Positions 28,923 to 39,889 are shown, numbered from the stretch's first letter. The stretch is DNA of 64,000 nt from an uncultured Alphaproteobacteria bacterium (GCA_944391485.1 CALXTQ010000014.1:679-64678); one strand, 5' to 3'. Notes: generated by a model not told the origin, from the letters alone. Made by a program: numbers and translations.

Positions 28923-30559
28923 ATATAAATCCCGTTTTTCAAAAGTTCATTGCCGGTTTTATCATCACATATTTTAATAAACTTTTCCTTAACGTTCACC
29001 CGGATTGTGCCGCTGTAATCCATTTCGCGCAGCGTGGTTTTGAAAACCCTCATGATATCGGCTATCAGATCTTCGCCAATGTTCTTTTCCGTTCTGACGA
29101 CAAGATCAAAACGGCGGTCCTTTTCCAAGGAATATCCGTCGAACTGAAAGTTTCCGAGCCTGCTGAAAACCGTATCGACAACAAAGCGGGTGCCGTATTT
29201 TTCTCGTTTTGTTTTTTTGTTTTCCTCTTCTTCATCCGCTAGATTCCTGACGGCAATTCTTATTTTGCTGATAAATTCTCCCGTGTAATAGGGAATTTCC
29301 ACAATTCTCCAGGCTATGGAATCCTGCCGAGCGCCGGCAAACAGACTGCCGAGTTTGGCCGCCACTTCCCTACCCTCCGCCGTAACGGACAGCTTATCCG
29401 CAAGATCGCTGCCCAGCCAGGCGTTCACGTCATGGCGGCTAACCGCTTTCATATACGAAAACAAATTGGACAGCAGTTTATCGTTTCCGGCCGGAAGCCG
29501 GTCAATAACAGCCGCCGCCAGGGCATTCTGGCCTGACGCGCGCAACGGCTCAAGCATTTTCAGCAAATTGTCGAGAAGTCCTTCCGTTTTCGGCTGACGC
29601 GCAGACGGCGCCAAAACCTGCCGCATTCCGGGAAGCTGCATTGATCGCAGAATATTGTCAGACATTCTTTCTATGAAATCCTGCGTGTCCAGCAGAATAA
29701 TACTGCCGTTTTCAAGTTTCAGCGGCGTCTGCGGCAAGATGTCGCCCAACGGCGTCTTAAAAAACAACGGACCGCCGCCTTCCCTGATGACGGCTTCGCC
29801 CGGCAGCTGGTGGCCCTTCAGCGGCAGAAGCTCCATCTTTATCATATCTGCCAGACGGCGGATGCCGTCAGTATTCGGAAAGTCAACTGTGTGCGCCGAA
29901 AAATAATTTTTAACGGCCAGTTTGATCCTTTCTGCCGCATTTTCAAAAGGCATTTTCAACTCTGCGGCCTTATTTTCCCCGCCCAAAACAGAGGTCAGCG
30001 AAAACTCGGCAAAACTGCCGCGAAACGCATCGGCAAGAGGTTTGACAACCTGAGACGGAATCTCCAGTTCACGACCGATGTTTTCAATAAAAGCCTCCAG
30101 GCGAAGCGGGCTCAGAACCGTTTTGGGCAGCGAGGTTCCCGTTTCGCTGACTACGGCGGCGGAATATCCTGTCCGCGCTGCCGCGGCCGGCTGAAACAAA
30201 AACTTTTCCGGCGGCTGGTTATTGATGCTGCCGAGCTGAACCCTGATGGCCGCACCGCCGCCCTGGGCCTTCAGGCCGACGGACACTTCTCCATTTTCAG
30301 GCAGGGAAAGCGCCTGGCCAAGTTTCAGGCGAACCGGAATTTCTACCGTCTGCCCGCTTACGGAAAAAGAAATTTTTCCGTTGAGGCTGTTTATTTTGAC
30401 AGCTCCGTTTTCTATCATGGCTTTCAGCATCAGGCTGTCGCCGCTTTTTATCTGTTCCCTGATTTCCGGCGGCAGTTCCTCCAATGTTCCGCTGATTCCC
30501 GTATCGGCGGAAGAAGGCGGAAGAACACTGCCGGTCAGAGGCGGAAGAAGACTATCCAT
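28919..30559 (-). CDS. Hypothetical flagellar-operon protein with a FliK-like C-terminal region
   Basis: Overlaps flhG and the J-domain gene. TRFVVDTVFSRLGNFQFDG...RRFDLVVRT. Confidence 0.65.
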   Translation of the reverse strand: MDSLLPPLTGSVLPPSSADTGISGTLEELPPEIREQIKSGDSLMLKAMIENGAVKINSLNGKISFSVSGQTVEIPVRLKLGQALSLPENGEVSVGLKAQGGGAAIRVQLGSINNQPPEKFLFQPAAAARTGYSAAVVSETGTSLPKTVLSPLRLEAFIENIGRELEIPSQVVKPLADAFRGSFAEFSLTSVLGGENKAAELKMPFENAAERIKLAVKNYFSAHTVDFPNTDGIRRLADMIKMELLPLKGHQLPGEAVIREGGGPLFFKTPLGDILPQTPLKLENGSIILLDTQDFIERMSDNILRSMQLPGMRQVLAPSARQPKTEGLLDNLLKMLEPLRASGQNALAAAVIDRLPAGNDKLLSNLFSYMKAVSRHDVNAWLGSDLADKLSVTAEGREVAAKLGSLFAGARQDSIAWRIVEIPYYTGEFISKIRIAVRNLADEEEENKKTKREKYGTRFVVDTVFSRLGNFQFDGYSLEKDRRFDLVVRTEKNIGEDLIADIMRVFKTTLREMDYSGTIRVNVKEKFIKICDDKTGNELLKNGIYI

Positions 30560-31361
30560 TTATCAGTTTCCTGGCTATGGCGATGACATCTTCGGCCGCT
30601 TCGGAAGTCGGATAGCGGCTGATGAGCGGGGTCTGGTTGCGAATGGCGTCCCGCACCCGGGTATCTCTGCGGATTATACCTAATAGCTCCGGCGAGATTT
30701 TCAAGAAATTTTGGCAGGCTTTTAGAAGTGTGTCATATGTGCGCTGCCCTTCGCGCAGAGAATTGGCCTGATTTATCACGACATTGAGGCTGCACCGCGG
30801 ATACTGCATTGTCATGATTTTTATAAAGGCATAAGCATCCGTCAGTGATGTCGGCTCATCCGTGCACAGCACAATTATCTTTTCGGCCATGCCCGACAAA
30901 ATCCGCACCGGTTTTTCCACGCCGGCTCCCATATCCAAAATGACCTTATCATAAGACGAAGCCAGAATCGACAGGTCTTCTCCCAGTATCTGCAGTCGGC
31001 CGACGGGCATGGAAGCCAGACCAGCGGAACCGGAGCGGCCGGCAATAACGTCAAAATGGCCTTTGTCGCAATGGCAGACAACCTGATTGAGACTCATGGC
31101 GCCGGATATCACGCTGCCGAGATCGCTGCGAACCATCAGCCCCAGCTGAATGTCAATATTTGCCAGCCCCAAATCGCCGTCAAACAGCAGCGTTTTCTGC
31201 TGATAACCGCTCAACGCATGCGCCAGAGTTATGGAAAACCACGTTTTTCCCACGCCGCCTTTGCCCGAAGCAACGGCAATCATGTTGCGGCCCTTCCTCG
31301 TGCTGCGGGGCGCGACGCCTCTGGGCATTGTCTTTAATTCTTCCGTATTCTGTTCCACCAT
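30552..31361 (-). CDS. flhG: MinD-like flagellar number regulator FlhG/FleN
   Basis: ASGKGGVGKT, DGDLGLANID, EPTSLTDAYAFIK. Start at MVEQN after GGGGAGG. Confidence 0.92.
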   Translation of the reverse strand: MVEQNTEELKTMPRGVAPRSTRKGRNMIAVASGKGGVGKTWFSITLAHALSGYQQKTLLFDGDLGLANIDIQLGLMVRSDLGSVISGAMSLNQVVCHCDKGHFDVIAGRSGSAGLASMPVGRLQILGEDLSILASSYDKVILDMGAGVEKPVRILSGMAEKIIVLCTDEPTSLTDAYAFIKIMTMQYPRCSLNVVINQANSLREGQRTYDTLLKACQNFLKISPELLGIIRRDTRVRDAIRNQTPLISRYPTSEAAEDVIAIARKLING

Positions 31362-31378
31362 ATTTCCTCCCCGTTCAA

Positions 31379-32335
31379 TCAGGCCAGCACCAGTTTTGCC
31401 AGAGATTTGCCGTCTACTTCCGCCAATCCCGCGGCTATGCTGCCGCTGACCCCGGCAGCGCAAAAACTCATTTCACAGCAGGAAGCCACCGACAAAAGCG
31501 CCCCTATCCGGCGGGTCAGATCCAGCCGCGTCGGCAGCAGCAGCTTTGCGCCGATATTGCAAAAGATATCCGCAATTTCTACGGCTTCCAGCGTATTTTT
31601 TCCGGCATCCATAGTCAGGACGACATCCGCCCGCACCGCTTCGGACAAGCCGCTGACTTTGTCGACCTGCGCTTCGGAAAAAGGATTGATGCCCGGCGTG
31701 TCTATGAGCGTCAGGTCATAACGGCCGTTCAGGCTTTTGACCGCGTCAAACAGGCCGCGGCTGCCCGCAACCTCAAAAAAAGGCGTTTCGAGTATATCCG
31801 CAAAGGCCTTGAGCTGTGTTCCGGCCGCCGCCCGGACATTATCCGCCGAAATAATGCAGCAGCTGATATTCCGGAGTTTTGCCCTGGTTGCCACTTTGGC
31901 GATTGCCGTCGATTTTCCGGACCCAGGCACGCCCATAAACAATTTTACGGGCATTTGCGAATCCAAAATATTTTTGAAGGAAAAAATATCCGCAAAACAG
32001 AGTTCCAGAAGCTTCCGATCCTCAAAGACACCCTTTTCGGCGCTTATACGGCGGGCGGAAGACAATATCCGATCGCGGACGACATCCAAAACGCCATGAT
32101 AGTCCAGACATTCCCGGATCACGGAATCGTTAAAAATCCTGCGGGCGGGACAAACTTCCAACTCTTCCCGCTCATCGAACAGAAGCTCTTCGTCATCTTC
32201 GACGGCGGCGGTCAGCAAAATCCTGCCGTCAGGCGTTTTTTCGTGAGAAATGATGACGGCGTCCGCGCCCAGAGCCTCTTTAACCAGAGCAAAGGCTTCT
32301 GCCATGTCGGAAGCGGTAAAATTTTTTAATTTCAT
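31379..32335 (-). CDS. flhF: SRP-family GTPase FlhF
   Basis: MKLKNFTASDMAEAFALVKEALGADAVIIS, GSGKS, DTPG, TRLD. Confidence 0.9.
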   Translation of the reverse strand: MKLKNFTASDMAEAFALVKEALGADAVIISHEKTPDGRILLTAAVEDDEELLFDEREELEVCPARRIFNDSVIRECLDYHGVLDVVRDRILSSARRISAEKGVFEDRKLLELCFADIFSFKNILDSQMPVKLFMGVPGSGKSTAIAKVATRAKLRNISCCIISADNVRAAAGTQLKAFADILETPFFEVAGSRGLFDAVKSLNGRYDLTLIDTPGINPFSEAQVDKVSGLSEAVRADVVLTMDAGKNTLEAVEIADIFCNIGAKLLLPTRLDLTRRIGALLSVASCCEMSFCAAGVSGSIAAGLAEVDGKSLAKLVLA

Positions 32336-32345
32336 CCGCTACCTC

Positions 32346-34469
32346 CTAAATCTGTCCGACTGTTTTGATTTTGGCTTTCGGATGAATTTCATTCTGCGAC
32401 ATGACAACCGTCAGCGGCCGGAAACGTTCGATAATCGAACGCACAAAAGGACGAATCCCCGGGCTGGTCAACAATACGGCGCTTTCGCCTTTTATGGCCA
32501 GTTCTTCCAGAGTGTTGCGCACCTTGGTTATGAACCCCTGCAATGCCGTCGGCGCCATAGCCAGCTGGCGCTCGTCGCCTTCGCCGATGATTGCTTCCGC
32601 AAAGGCATGCTCCCATTCCGGAGACAGCGTTACAAGCGGAATTACTCCGAATTCGTTGGTATTGGCATTGGACAGCTGCCGCGCCAGACGGGTGCGGACA
32701 TGCTCCGTAATCAGCATCAGGCTGTGGGTTGTCGTAACAGCCTCGGAAATACCTTCCAGAATCGTCGGCAAATCGCGGATGGAAACTCTTTCCTGAAGCA
32801 GGTTCTGCAAAATGCGCTGAACAGCGCCCAGGCTGACCTTGCCCGGAATAAGCTCTTTGACGAGCTTCTGCTGTTCCTTGTCCATCTCGTCCAGCAGCTT
32901 CTGCGTTTCCGCATAAGACAGAAGCTCAGGCATGTTGTCTTTGACCAGTTCGGTAATATGAGTCGTAACAACCGTCGAGGGATCAACAACCGTGTAGCCG
33001 CGAAACATTGCTTCTTCCCGATACGACTGGTCAACCCACATGGCTTTCAGGCCGAATGTCGGCTCGGTGGTATTTTCTCCCGGCAGGGTTATCGGCTCGC
33101 CGCGGGGATCCATGACCAGTAGCTGCGTCGGCCGCAGTTCGCCGCGCCCGGCTTTGACTTCCTTGATGTAAATATTATACTCGTTCGCTTCCAGCTGCAT
33201 ATTGTCCTGAATGCGGATGGATGGCATGACAAACCCGAGTTCGGACGCAAGAGCCCGGCGAAGAGCCTTAATCTGATCCGTCAGTTTCCGGTTTGTCTCC
33301 TCATTGATCAACGGCAGCAGGCCGTAGCCGATTTCCAGACGGATGAGGTCAATGCGCAGAGCGTTGGCAATGGGCTCGTCGGCCGCTGCCTTGGCTGTTC
33401 CTTTCTTCTGCTCCTGTTCCATAACCTCGAGGGCTTTTTCCTGAGCGATTTTCTGCTGTTTGTTCAGGTAATAGGCCGTCGCGCCCGTCAGAGCCGCCAG
33501 CAGAACAAACGGAAAAGCCGGCGTACCGGGCAGCATTCCGAGAGCCAATGCCATAAAAGACGACATTCCCAAGGCTTTCGGATAATTGGCAAGCTGATCA
33601 AACAGCACCTTATCCGTAGCATCCGTCATACCGGCTTTGGATACCAGAATACCGGCGGCTACGGAAATAATCAGCGCCGGAACCTGAGCAACCAGACCGT
33701 CGCCGACCGTCAGTCTGGTATAGGTTTCTGCCGCGGCGGAAAAACTCATGCCATTTTGCACCATACCGATAATAATGCCGGCAACAACGTTGATAAAAGT
33801 GATAATCAAACCGGCAATGGCGTCTCCGCGGACAAATTTCGACGCACCGTCCATTGCTCCGTAGAAAGAACTTTCCTTCGACAGATCTTCACGGCGGGAC
33901 CGTGCCTCTTCTTCGGTAATCAGCCCCGAGGAGAGGTCGGCATCAATCGCCATCTGCTTGCCGGGCATGGCATCCAACGCAAAGCGGGCGGCAACCTCGG
34001 CTATTCGGCCGGAACCTTTGGTAATGACCACAAAGTTTACGATGACCAAAATGGAGAAAACAATAACGCCGATGACAAAACTGTTGCCCATAATGAAACC
34101 GCCGAACGCCTCAATAACTTCACCGGCGGCATCGGGTCCCATATACCCGTTGGCCAGAATCAGTCTGGTTGAAGCCAGGTTCAGAGCCAGTCTGTACATC
34201 GTGGTTATCAGCAAAACCAGCGGAAAAGCGCTGAACTCTATGGGCTTTTCAATAAAAATCGCCGTCATCAGCACAATACAGGCCATCGTGATGGACAAGG
34301 ACAAGGCAATATCCAGCAGCCAGGCCGGCATCGGCAAAATCAGGATAACCAGCATCAAAACTATGGCCAGGGCAAAAAAGATATCCCCCCTTTTGGTAGA
34401 GGAAACCAACAGATCCTTAAAAGACTTGCCGCCAAACATCGCGGCATTATTTTGCGGTTTTTTAGCCAT
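32346..34469 (-). CDS. flhA: Flagellar export gate protein FlhA
   Basis: VITKGSGRIAEVAARFALDAMPGKQMAIDADL, FYGAMDGASKFVRGDA. Confidence 0.98.
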   Translation of the reverse strand: MAKKPQNNAAMFGGKSFKDLLVSSTKRGDIFFALAIVLMLVILILPMPAWLLDIALSLSITMACIVLMTAIFIEKPIEFSAFPLVLLITTMYRLALNLASTRLILANGYMGPDAAGEVIEAFGGFIMGNSFVIGVIVFSILVIVNFVVITKGSGRIAEVAARFALDAMPGKQMAIDADLSSGLITEEEARSRREDLSKESSFYGAMDGASKFVRGDAIAGLIITFINVVAGIIIGMVQNGMSFSAAAETYTRLTVGDGLVAQVPALIISVAAGILVSKAGMTDATDKVLFDQLANYPKALGMSSFMALALGMLPGTPAFPFVLLAALTGATAYYLNKQQKIAQEKALEVMEQEQKKGTAKAAADEPIANALRIDLIRLEIGYGLLPLINEETNRKLTDQIKALRRALASELGFVMPSIRIQDNMQLEANEYNIYIKEVKAGRGELRPTQLLVMDPRGEPITLPGENTTEPTFGLKAMWVDQSYREEAMFRGYTVVDPSTVVTTHITELVKDNMPELLSYAETQKLLDEMDKEQQKLVKELIPGKVSLGAVQRILQNLLQERVSIRDLPTILEGISEAVTTTHSLMLITEHVRTRLARQLSNANTNEFGVIPLVTLSPEWEHAFAEAIIGEGDERQLAMAPTALQGFITKVRNTLEELAIKGESAVLLTSPGIRPFVRSIIERFRPLTVVMSQNEIHPKAKIKTVGQI

Positions 34470-34484
34470 GTTTATTTTTTATTC

Positions 34485-35801
34485 CTAAAGACCTTCCGGA
34501 ACATCAAATCCTTCGTCCTGATATTGTTTGAGTTTGTTGCGCAGAGTCCGGATAGAAATACCCAGAATATTGGCCGCCGTCGTGCGATTGCCGTAAGTAT
34601 GCTTCAGCGTGTCTATAATCAAATTCCGTTCCATGCTGGCCAGCGTATTTCCTGAAAATCCGTCCGCCGGCGAAGCGCTTTCGGCCTTTTCGATAACGGC
34701 GTCGGGACTGTTGAGGATAACGGCGTCATCGTCGATTTCTGTCCCGCCGGCGAGCAGCACGGCGCGATGTACGGTGTTTTCGAGTTCTCGGACATTTCCG
34801 GGCCAGAGATAATTCATCAGCTTTTCTTCCGCCGCCTTTGAAATCGGCTTCAGGGGAATATCGTTCAGTTCGGAATATTTTTTGGCAAAATGTTTGGCTA
34901 AGACAACAATGTCTCCCGGACGGTCTTTCAGCGGCGGAATATTAATATTTACGACATTCAGACGGTAATACAGATCCTGACGGAAAGTACCGTTTTTTAC
35001 GGCTTCTTCAAGATTGCGGTTAGACGTCGCGATAATCCTTGTATTGACCTTTACCGGCGCACGGCCGCCGATGCGATCGATTTCTTTTTCCTGAATCGCG
35101 CGCAGAAGCTTGGCCTGAATTTTGATATCCATTTCCGAAATCTCATCCAGAAGCAGCGTGCCGTCAGAAGCCTCCTCAAATTTGCCGATGCGGCGGGCGA
35201 CCGCTCCGGTAAAAGCTCCCTTTTCATACCCAAACAGCTCTGATTCAAGAAGGGTTTCGGGAATGGCGGCGCAGTTGACGGCCACAAACTTCTTATTGGC
35301 GCGTTTTGAATTGTCATGAATAAAACGCGAGAAAATTTCCTTACCGGTTCCCGACTCTCCCGTCAGGAGAATGTTTGCTTCCGAGGGGGCGATCTGTTTT
35401 GCCAGCTTTAAAACCTGCTCGGTTTTCTTATCGCCGTAAATCAGCGCGTGGTTTTCTCTTGTGGCCGCGGCCAGAACCGCTCCGATCAGCTCCGGATCCG
35501 GCGGCAGGGGAATATACTCCCTGGCTCCGGCCTTAATTGCCCGAACCGCCAGAACAGGATCATTGGCCACACCGGCCGCTACGACCAAGACGTTAATTCT
35601 CTCCTGTTCAAGGCTGGATATAAATTTGTGCACGTCAAGCTTGACATCGATCATAACCAGTTCTACGGATTTTCCCGAACGCAGGATATCAAGCGCGGAT
35701 TCTATCTTGTCGGCAATTGAAACATGCCCGCCTTGCTCGATGGCAATTTTGCTCGCCGCACCGATCTGACCGTCTAATGTTCCAACAATCAATAATTCCA
35801 T
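34485..35801 (-). CDS. flbD: Sigma54 activator FlbD
   Basis: Receiver domain, GESGTGKE, GAFTGA, Fis-type HTH. Lies between fliN and flhA. Confidence 0.93.
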   Translation of the reverse strand: MELLIVGTLDGQIGAASKIAIEQGGHVSIADKIESALDILRSGKSVELVMIDVKLDVHKFISSLEQERINVLVVAAGVANDPVLAVRAIKAGAREYIPLPPDPELIGAVLAAATRENHALIYGDKKTEQVLKLAKQIAPSEANILLTGESGTGKEIFSRFIHDNSKRANKKFVAVNCAAIPETLLESELFGYEKGAFTGAVARRIGKFEEASDGTLLLDEISEMDIKIQAKLLRAIQEKEIDRIGGRAPVKVNTRIIATSNRNLEEAVKNGTFRQDLYYRLNVVNINIPPLKDRPGDIVVLAKHFAKKYSELNDIPLKPISKAAEEKLMNYLWPGNVRELENTVHRAVLLAGGTEIDDDAVILNSPDAVIEKAESASPADGFSGNTLASMERNLIIDTLKHTYGNRTTAANILGISIRTLRNKLKQYQDEGFDVPEGL

Positions 35802-35827
35802 TTATCCCTCTGCCGTTCCGTTCCGGT

Positions 35828-36181
35828 TTATTTGGTAACCGATTTTACAATCTCGGTCATCGTGATGCCCAGTTTGTCGTCCACGACAACAACTTCGCCG
35901 CGGGCAACCAGATTGTTGTTGACATAAATGTCTATCGCCTCGCCGACTTTGCGGTCCAGTTCTATGATCGCGCCCTTGTTTAATTTCAGCAGCTGACTAA
36001 CCTTCATTTTGGTTTTGCCCAAAATGGCGGACACTTTTACCGGAATGTCATAAACCGCTTCCAAATCGCTGGCCGAGCTCGGAATGTCAAAATCATCCAT
36101 CCCGTTATCTTTCTTCAATACGGGATCATCTTCCATCGCGGAGCTTTCGCTCAATTCATCCAGTTCCAAATCTTTGCTCAT
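35828..36181 (-). CDS. fliN: Motor switch protein FliN
   Basis: DLEAVYDIPV...ARGEVVVV. Confidence 0.96.
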   Translation of the reverse strand: MSKDLELDELSESSAMEDDPVLKKDNGMDDFDIPSSASDLEAVYDIPVKVSAILGKTKMKVSQLLKLNKGAIIELDRKVGEAIDIYVNNNLVARGEVVVVDDKLGITMTEIVKSVTK

Positions 36182-36204
36182 CGTTTTTCTCCATTAAACA
36201 CGGC

Positions 36205-36900
36205 CTATTTATCAGCCAAAAGTTCCTCTACTTTCTCAACCAGTCTGCCGGTATTGCGCTCGACGCCGCCGTTCTCCCATTCAACCCTGCAGTCCGCTTT
36301 GCCGAGAGACGCATCTTTATGCAGAGAAATCTTGCCTTCAAAATCATGGCTGTTTGCCAGCTTTGCAATATTTTCCTGCACGTATGATATAATATCGGGA
36401 TGAATATAGAAAGACAATTTTGCTTCATTTTTAAAATTTTTGAAATTTTCGCTGATAAAACCGTTGACAATTTCTACGGCATGTTCTTCGCTCAGCCCGG
36501 GCACAAGCTTTTCAACAATTGTCTTGACCAGCTCCATGGATTGCTTTTCCCTTTCGGTTTCGGCCGACGACGTGTCTGCCACCAGCGCCGTCAGTTTCTG
36601 GCTGATATTTTCCAAAAGGGCCGAAACAGTCGCGTCAATCCCCTCCTGAGAAGTTTTGAAGCCGCGCTCGTAAGCATCCTGCTCGGCAGTTTTGATTCTG
36701 TCGGCAACCTCTTCTTCCGTATAGCTTTTTACTTCCGGTTCCTCCGCCGGCAGCTCCGCAAAGTCGGCATCAACAGGCTCTGAGGATTCTGGCTCGGACG
36801 GCTGCAAAAAAACTTCCGGTTCCTCCGCCGGCTCCAGCTTGTTTTTTTTGTTTTCCCCAACAACAAAATTATCAAACAAAAATTTCTTCAGCTCGCTCAT
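36205..36900 (-). CDS. fliH: Flagellar assembly protein FliH
   Basis: KKFLFDN, AYERG, DCRVEWENGGVER. Confidence 0.88.
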   Translation of the reverse strand: MSELKKFLFDNFVVGENKKNKLEPAEEPEVFLQPSEPESSEPVDADFAELPAEEPEVKSYTEEEVADRIKTAEQDAYERGFKTSQEGIDATVSALLENISQKLTALVADTSSAETEREKQSMELVKTIVEKLVPGLSEEHAVEIVNGFISENFKNFKNEAKLSFYIHPDIISYVQENIAKLANSHDFEGKISLHKDASLGKADCRVEWENGGVERNTGRLVEKVEELLADK

Positions 36901-36915
36901 CTGCCAAACCTAAAA

Positions 36916-37938
36916 TCAGTAAATCAGCTCGTCGTTGTCTTTGCCTTCGCTGATGACTATCTCGCCGGCATTGGACAATTCCTTAGTCGTCGTAACAATG
37001 TACTGCTGAGCTTCTTCAACATCGCGCAAACGCACGGGGCCCATGGCCTCCATATCTTCCTTGATGATCTTTCCGGCGCGCGACGACATGTTGTTGAAGA
37101 ACAGATCCTTGATTGTATCGGACGCTCCTTTCAGGGCTATTGCCAGTTTATCCTTATCGACATTCCGAAGCAGTATCTGAATACCCTGCGCGTCGACGCG
37201 GACCAGATCCTCAAACGTAAACATAAGAGATTTGACGCGTTCGGCACTCTCGCGGTTGCGTTCTTCCAAAGCTTCCATAAAGCGCGTTTCGGTATTGCGG
37301 TCCAAAGAATTGAAAATATCGGCGATGAGTTCGTGAGAATCCCGGCGGGTCGATTTGGAAAGGTTGGACATAAACTCTTTGCGGAGAGTCTTTTCCAATC
37401 CGTCCAATACTTCTTTCTGAACGGAATCCATGCGAAGCATGCGCATGACGATCTCCATGGCAAAATTTTCCGGTAGCAGGGCGATAACTTTCGCTGCGTG
37501 CTCCGCCTTGATTTTTGAAAGAATGACAGCAATTGTCTGCGGATATTCGTTTTTCAGATAATTGGCCAGAACATGTTCGTTGACGTTGCCGAGCTTGTCC
37601 CACATCGTACGACCGGCCGGTCCGCTGATTTCTTCCATAATCGCGGAAACGCGATCCTTGTCCAGAGCCTTGGACAGCAGGCGCTCGGTGCTTTCGTAAG
37701 TTCCTATCAGAGCGCCGGTGTTGGAAGCCTTTTCCACAAATTCCTGAAACAACTGCTCCACAACATTGGAGTTTACTTTTCCGAGGCTGGCCATAATGAC
37801 AGAAAGTTCCTTGATCTCCTCGTCATCCATCAGAGCAAATATCTGGGCTGACTTGTCTTCATCCAGCGACATCATTAAAATGGCCGCCTTCTGCTGTCCC
37901 GAAATCAGATTATAATCATCTATCACATTTTGTTTCAT
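36916..37938 (-). CDS. fliG: Motor switch protein FliG
   Basis: [29 protein letters not shown]. Confidence 0.97.
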   Translation of the reverse strand: MKQNVIDDYNLISGQQKAAILMMSLDEDKSAQIFALMDDEEIKELSVIMASLGKVNSNVVEQLFQEFVEKASNTGALIGTYESTERLLSKALDKDRVSAIMEEISGPAGRTMWDKLGNVNEHVLANYLKNEYPQTIAVILSKIKAEHAAKVIALLPENFAMEIVMRMLRMDSVQKEVLDGLEKTLRKEFMSNLSKSTRRDSHELIADIFNSLDRNTETRFMEALEERNRESAERVKSLMFTFEDLVRVDAQGIQILLRNVDKDKLAIALKGASDTIKDLFFNNMSSRAGKIIKEDMEAMGPVRLRDVEEAQQYIVTTTKELSNAGEIVISEGKDNDELIY

Positions 37939-37953
37939 ATTCTGGTCCCAACC

Positions 37954-39585
37954 TTAATTGTTATCATTGGAATAAAGCCAGCTGCGGATAAGGCTGACCG
38001 CCGCTTCAGGATTTTTCTCAACAATATCGTTGATCTTCTTGAGCGAGGAAACCTTAATACGCCCGTCGATTTTGTTCATATTAATCAGCTCTTCTATCTC
38101 ACCGTCCTCATCATTGAGGAAGTTGGACAGCAGCAGATTGTCCTCTTCGGCATTGTCGCCGAGGAGACGGCCCTCGCCGCCCTGGCGCGTCGTGTCAAAC
38201 GCATTGTTGATAAGCGGGCGGATAACCAATAAAATAACCAAAATCGCTACGATTGCAACGCCTATACCTTCGGCTATGCGGATCAGCTCGTCTTTGGTAA
38301 AGCCCAAAATGAGCGTTTCCTCAATATCCATGGCATCAGGCGCAAAATTAATAAATTTCATATTGGCGACTTCCACCATATCGCCGCGGTCGGCATCAAA
38401 GCCTACCGCCGACTTGACCAAAGAGCGGATCTGATCCATTTCTTCCGGGGTTCTGTCGCGATAAACGAGCTTGCCGGCAGCGTCTTTTTCATAAATGCCG
38501 TCAACCATTACAGCGACGCTCAGCCTTCTGACCGTTCCCGTGTTTTTGACCTTGTTGCGGACAACTTTGGATATTTCATAGTTAATCGTCTCTTCCGTAC
38601 GCGAATTCTGGGAAAAAGTTCCGGCATTGTTCAGGACATTGTCGCCGTTCGGAATATTCTGCGCCACCGTTACCGGGGACTCCCGGGTGTTGTTGGTGCC
38701 TTCTTCCGTAACCGTTGCCTGAGAACGCACGACCTGACTGTCGGGATCATAAATTTCCTCATTGGTAACAATCTGGTCAAAATCCATGTCCAGATTGACC
38801 TGAGCCCGGACTTTTCCTTCTCCGACCGTCCGCTCGAGAAGGCTCTGGACCTCCTGCGACATCTTACGCTCCTGCTCGCGCTTCAAAATCTCGTTATTGG
38901 CGGCGGAAATCGCTTCTTCATCCTCAAAATTGTTGGTCAGTAGATTGCCGGCATTGTCAACAATGGCCACATTCTTGACATCCAGCTTGGGAACGGCTGC
39001 GGCTACCAGCTTCTGGATAGACTGAATGCTCTGCAGGTTCAGTTTGCCGCTCTGAGTCTTTATGACCACAGAGGCCGTCGGTGTCTGCTCTTCGCGCGAA
39101 AACATTTCGCGTTTGGGGAGTACCAGATGAACCCTGGCGTATTTGATGTTGTCGACCGAACGAATCGTCCGCGCCAGTTCTCCCTCTAAAGCGCGTATCA
39201 GATTGACGTTCTGAACAAAATTGGTTGATCCCAGCGCATCGGTATTGTCAAAAATCTCATAACCGACATTGGCTCCTTTTGAGGCCAGAGCCAGTTCCGC
39301 CGTATCCACGCGGAGTTTGTTGACTTCATCTTGGGGAACAAGTATTTCCGTACCGTTTTTGGTTAATTTGAATTTAACGTTCGCGGCCTCCAGATTATTA
39401 ACGATCTGCTTGGCGTCTTCCAGTTCCAAATCAGTGTACAGCACCGCGTAATCGGCCGAGCTCATCTTGGTGGCCAGATAAACAAAAAAACTTATCAAAA
39501 AAATGATAATGGCAGAAATTGCAGCCAGACGCCCCGGCGACAAGTTCTTTATACTCTGCAAAAAATTATTCACTAGATTCCCCAA
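37954..39585 (-). CDS. fliF: MS-ring protein FliF
   Basis: GYEIFD, RALEGELARTI, ARVHLVLP, RRLSVAV. Confidence 0.97.
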   Translation of the reverse strand: MGNLVNNFLQSIKNLSPGRLAAISAIIIFLISFFVYLATKMSSADYAVLYTDLELEDAKQIVNNLEAANVKFKLTKNGTEILVPQDEVNKLRVDTAELALASKGANVGYEIFDNTDALGSTNFVQNVNLIRALEGELARTIRSVDNIKYARVHLVLPKREMFSREEQTPTASVVIKTQSGKLNLQSIQSIQKLVAAAVPKLDVKNVAIVDNAGNLLTNNFEDEEAISAANNEILKREQERKMSQEVQSLLERTVGEGKVRAQVNLDMDFDQIVTNEEIYDPDSQVVRSQATVTEEGTNNTRESPVTVAQNIPNGDNVLNNAGTFSQNSRTEETINYEISKVVRNKVKNTGTVRRLSVAVMVDGIYEKDAAGKLVYRDRTPEEMDQIRSLVKSAVGFDADRGDMVEVANMKFINFAPDAMDIEETLILGFTKDELIRIAEGIGVAIVAILVILLVIRPLINNAFDTTRQGGEGRLLGDNAEEDNLLLSNFLNDEDGEIEELINMNKIDGRIKVSSLKKINDIVEKNPEAAVSLIRSWLYSNDNN

Positions 39586-39820
39586 TCTATAAATATTTTG
39601 AATATAAACTCCCTAATTACTTTATCTATTAACTTAATTTTGCTTTTATTGAAACGATATTTTGAGATATTCACAACCGGAAACCGGACTAGAACAGCGC
39701 GAGGACAGAGAGGCCGGCCCGCGCTGTCAGAGAAAGGGCGTTGACTGCAGGTATGTTCATGACGAAGGTTTCCAGCCCGGGAATCGCAGAAAAAATCTAC
39801 GTCTGAATAAAATTTGTGTC

Positions 39821-39851
39821 AAAAAATGCCCTGCCTTTTCTGGGCAGGGCG
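39821..39851 (-). terminator. Terminator of flgE
   Basis: GCCCTGCC/GGCAGGGC hairpin plus a U-run on the minus strand. Confidence 0.85.
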
Positions 39852-39889
39852 GATTTTTAGGAGTTTCTCAATAATATTACCGATCAGGA

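Noticed and set aside
31160-32329. 389-aa plus-strand ORF
   Set aside because: Antisense shadow of flhF and flhG.
39586-39660. CtrA box upstream of fliF
   Set aside because: TTAA half-sites are present, but I found no pair with 7-nt spacing.
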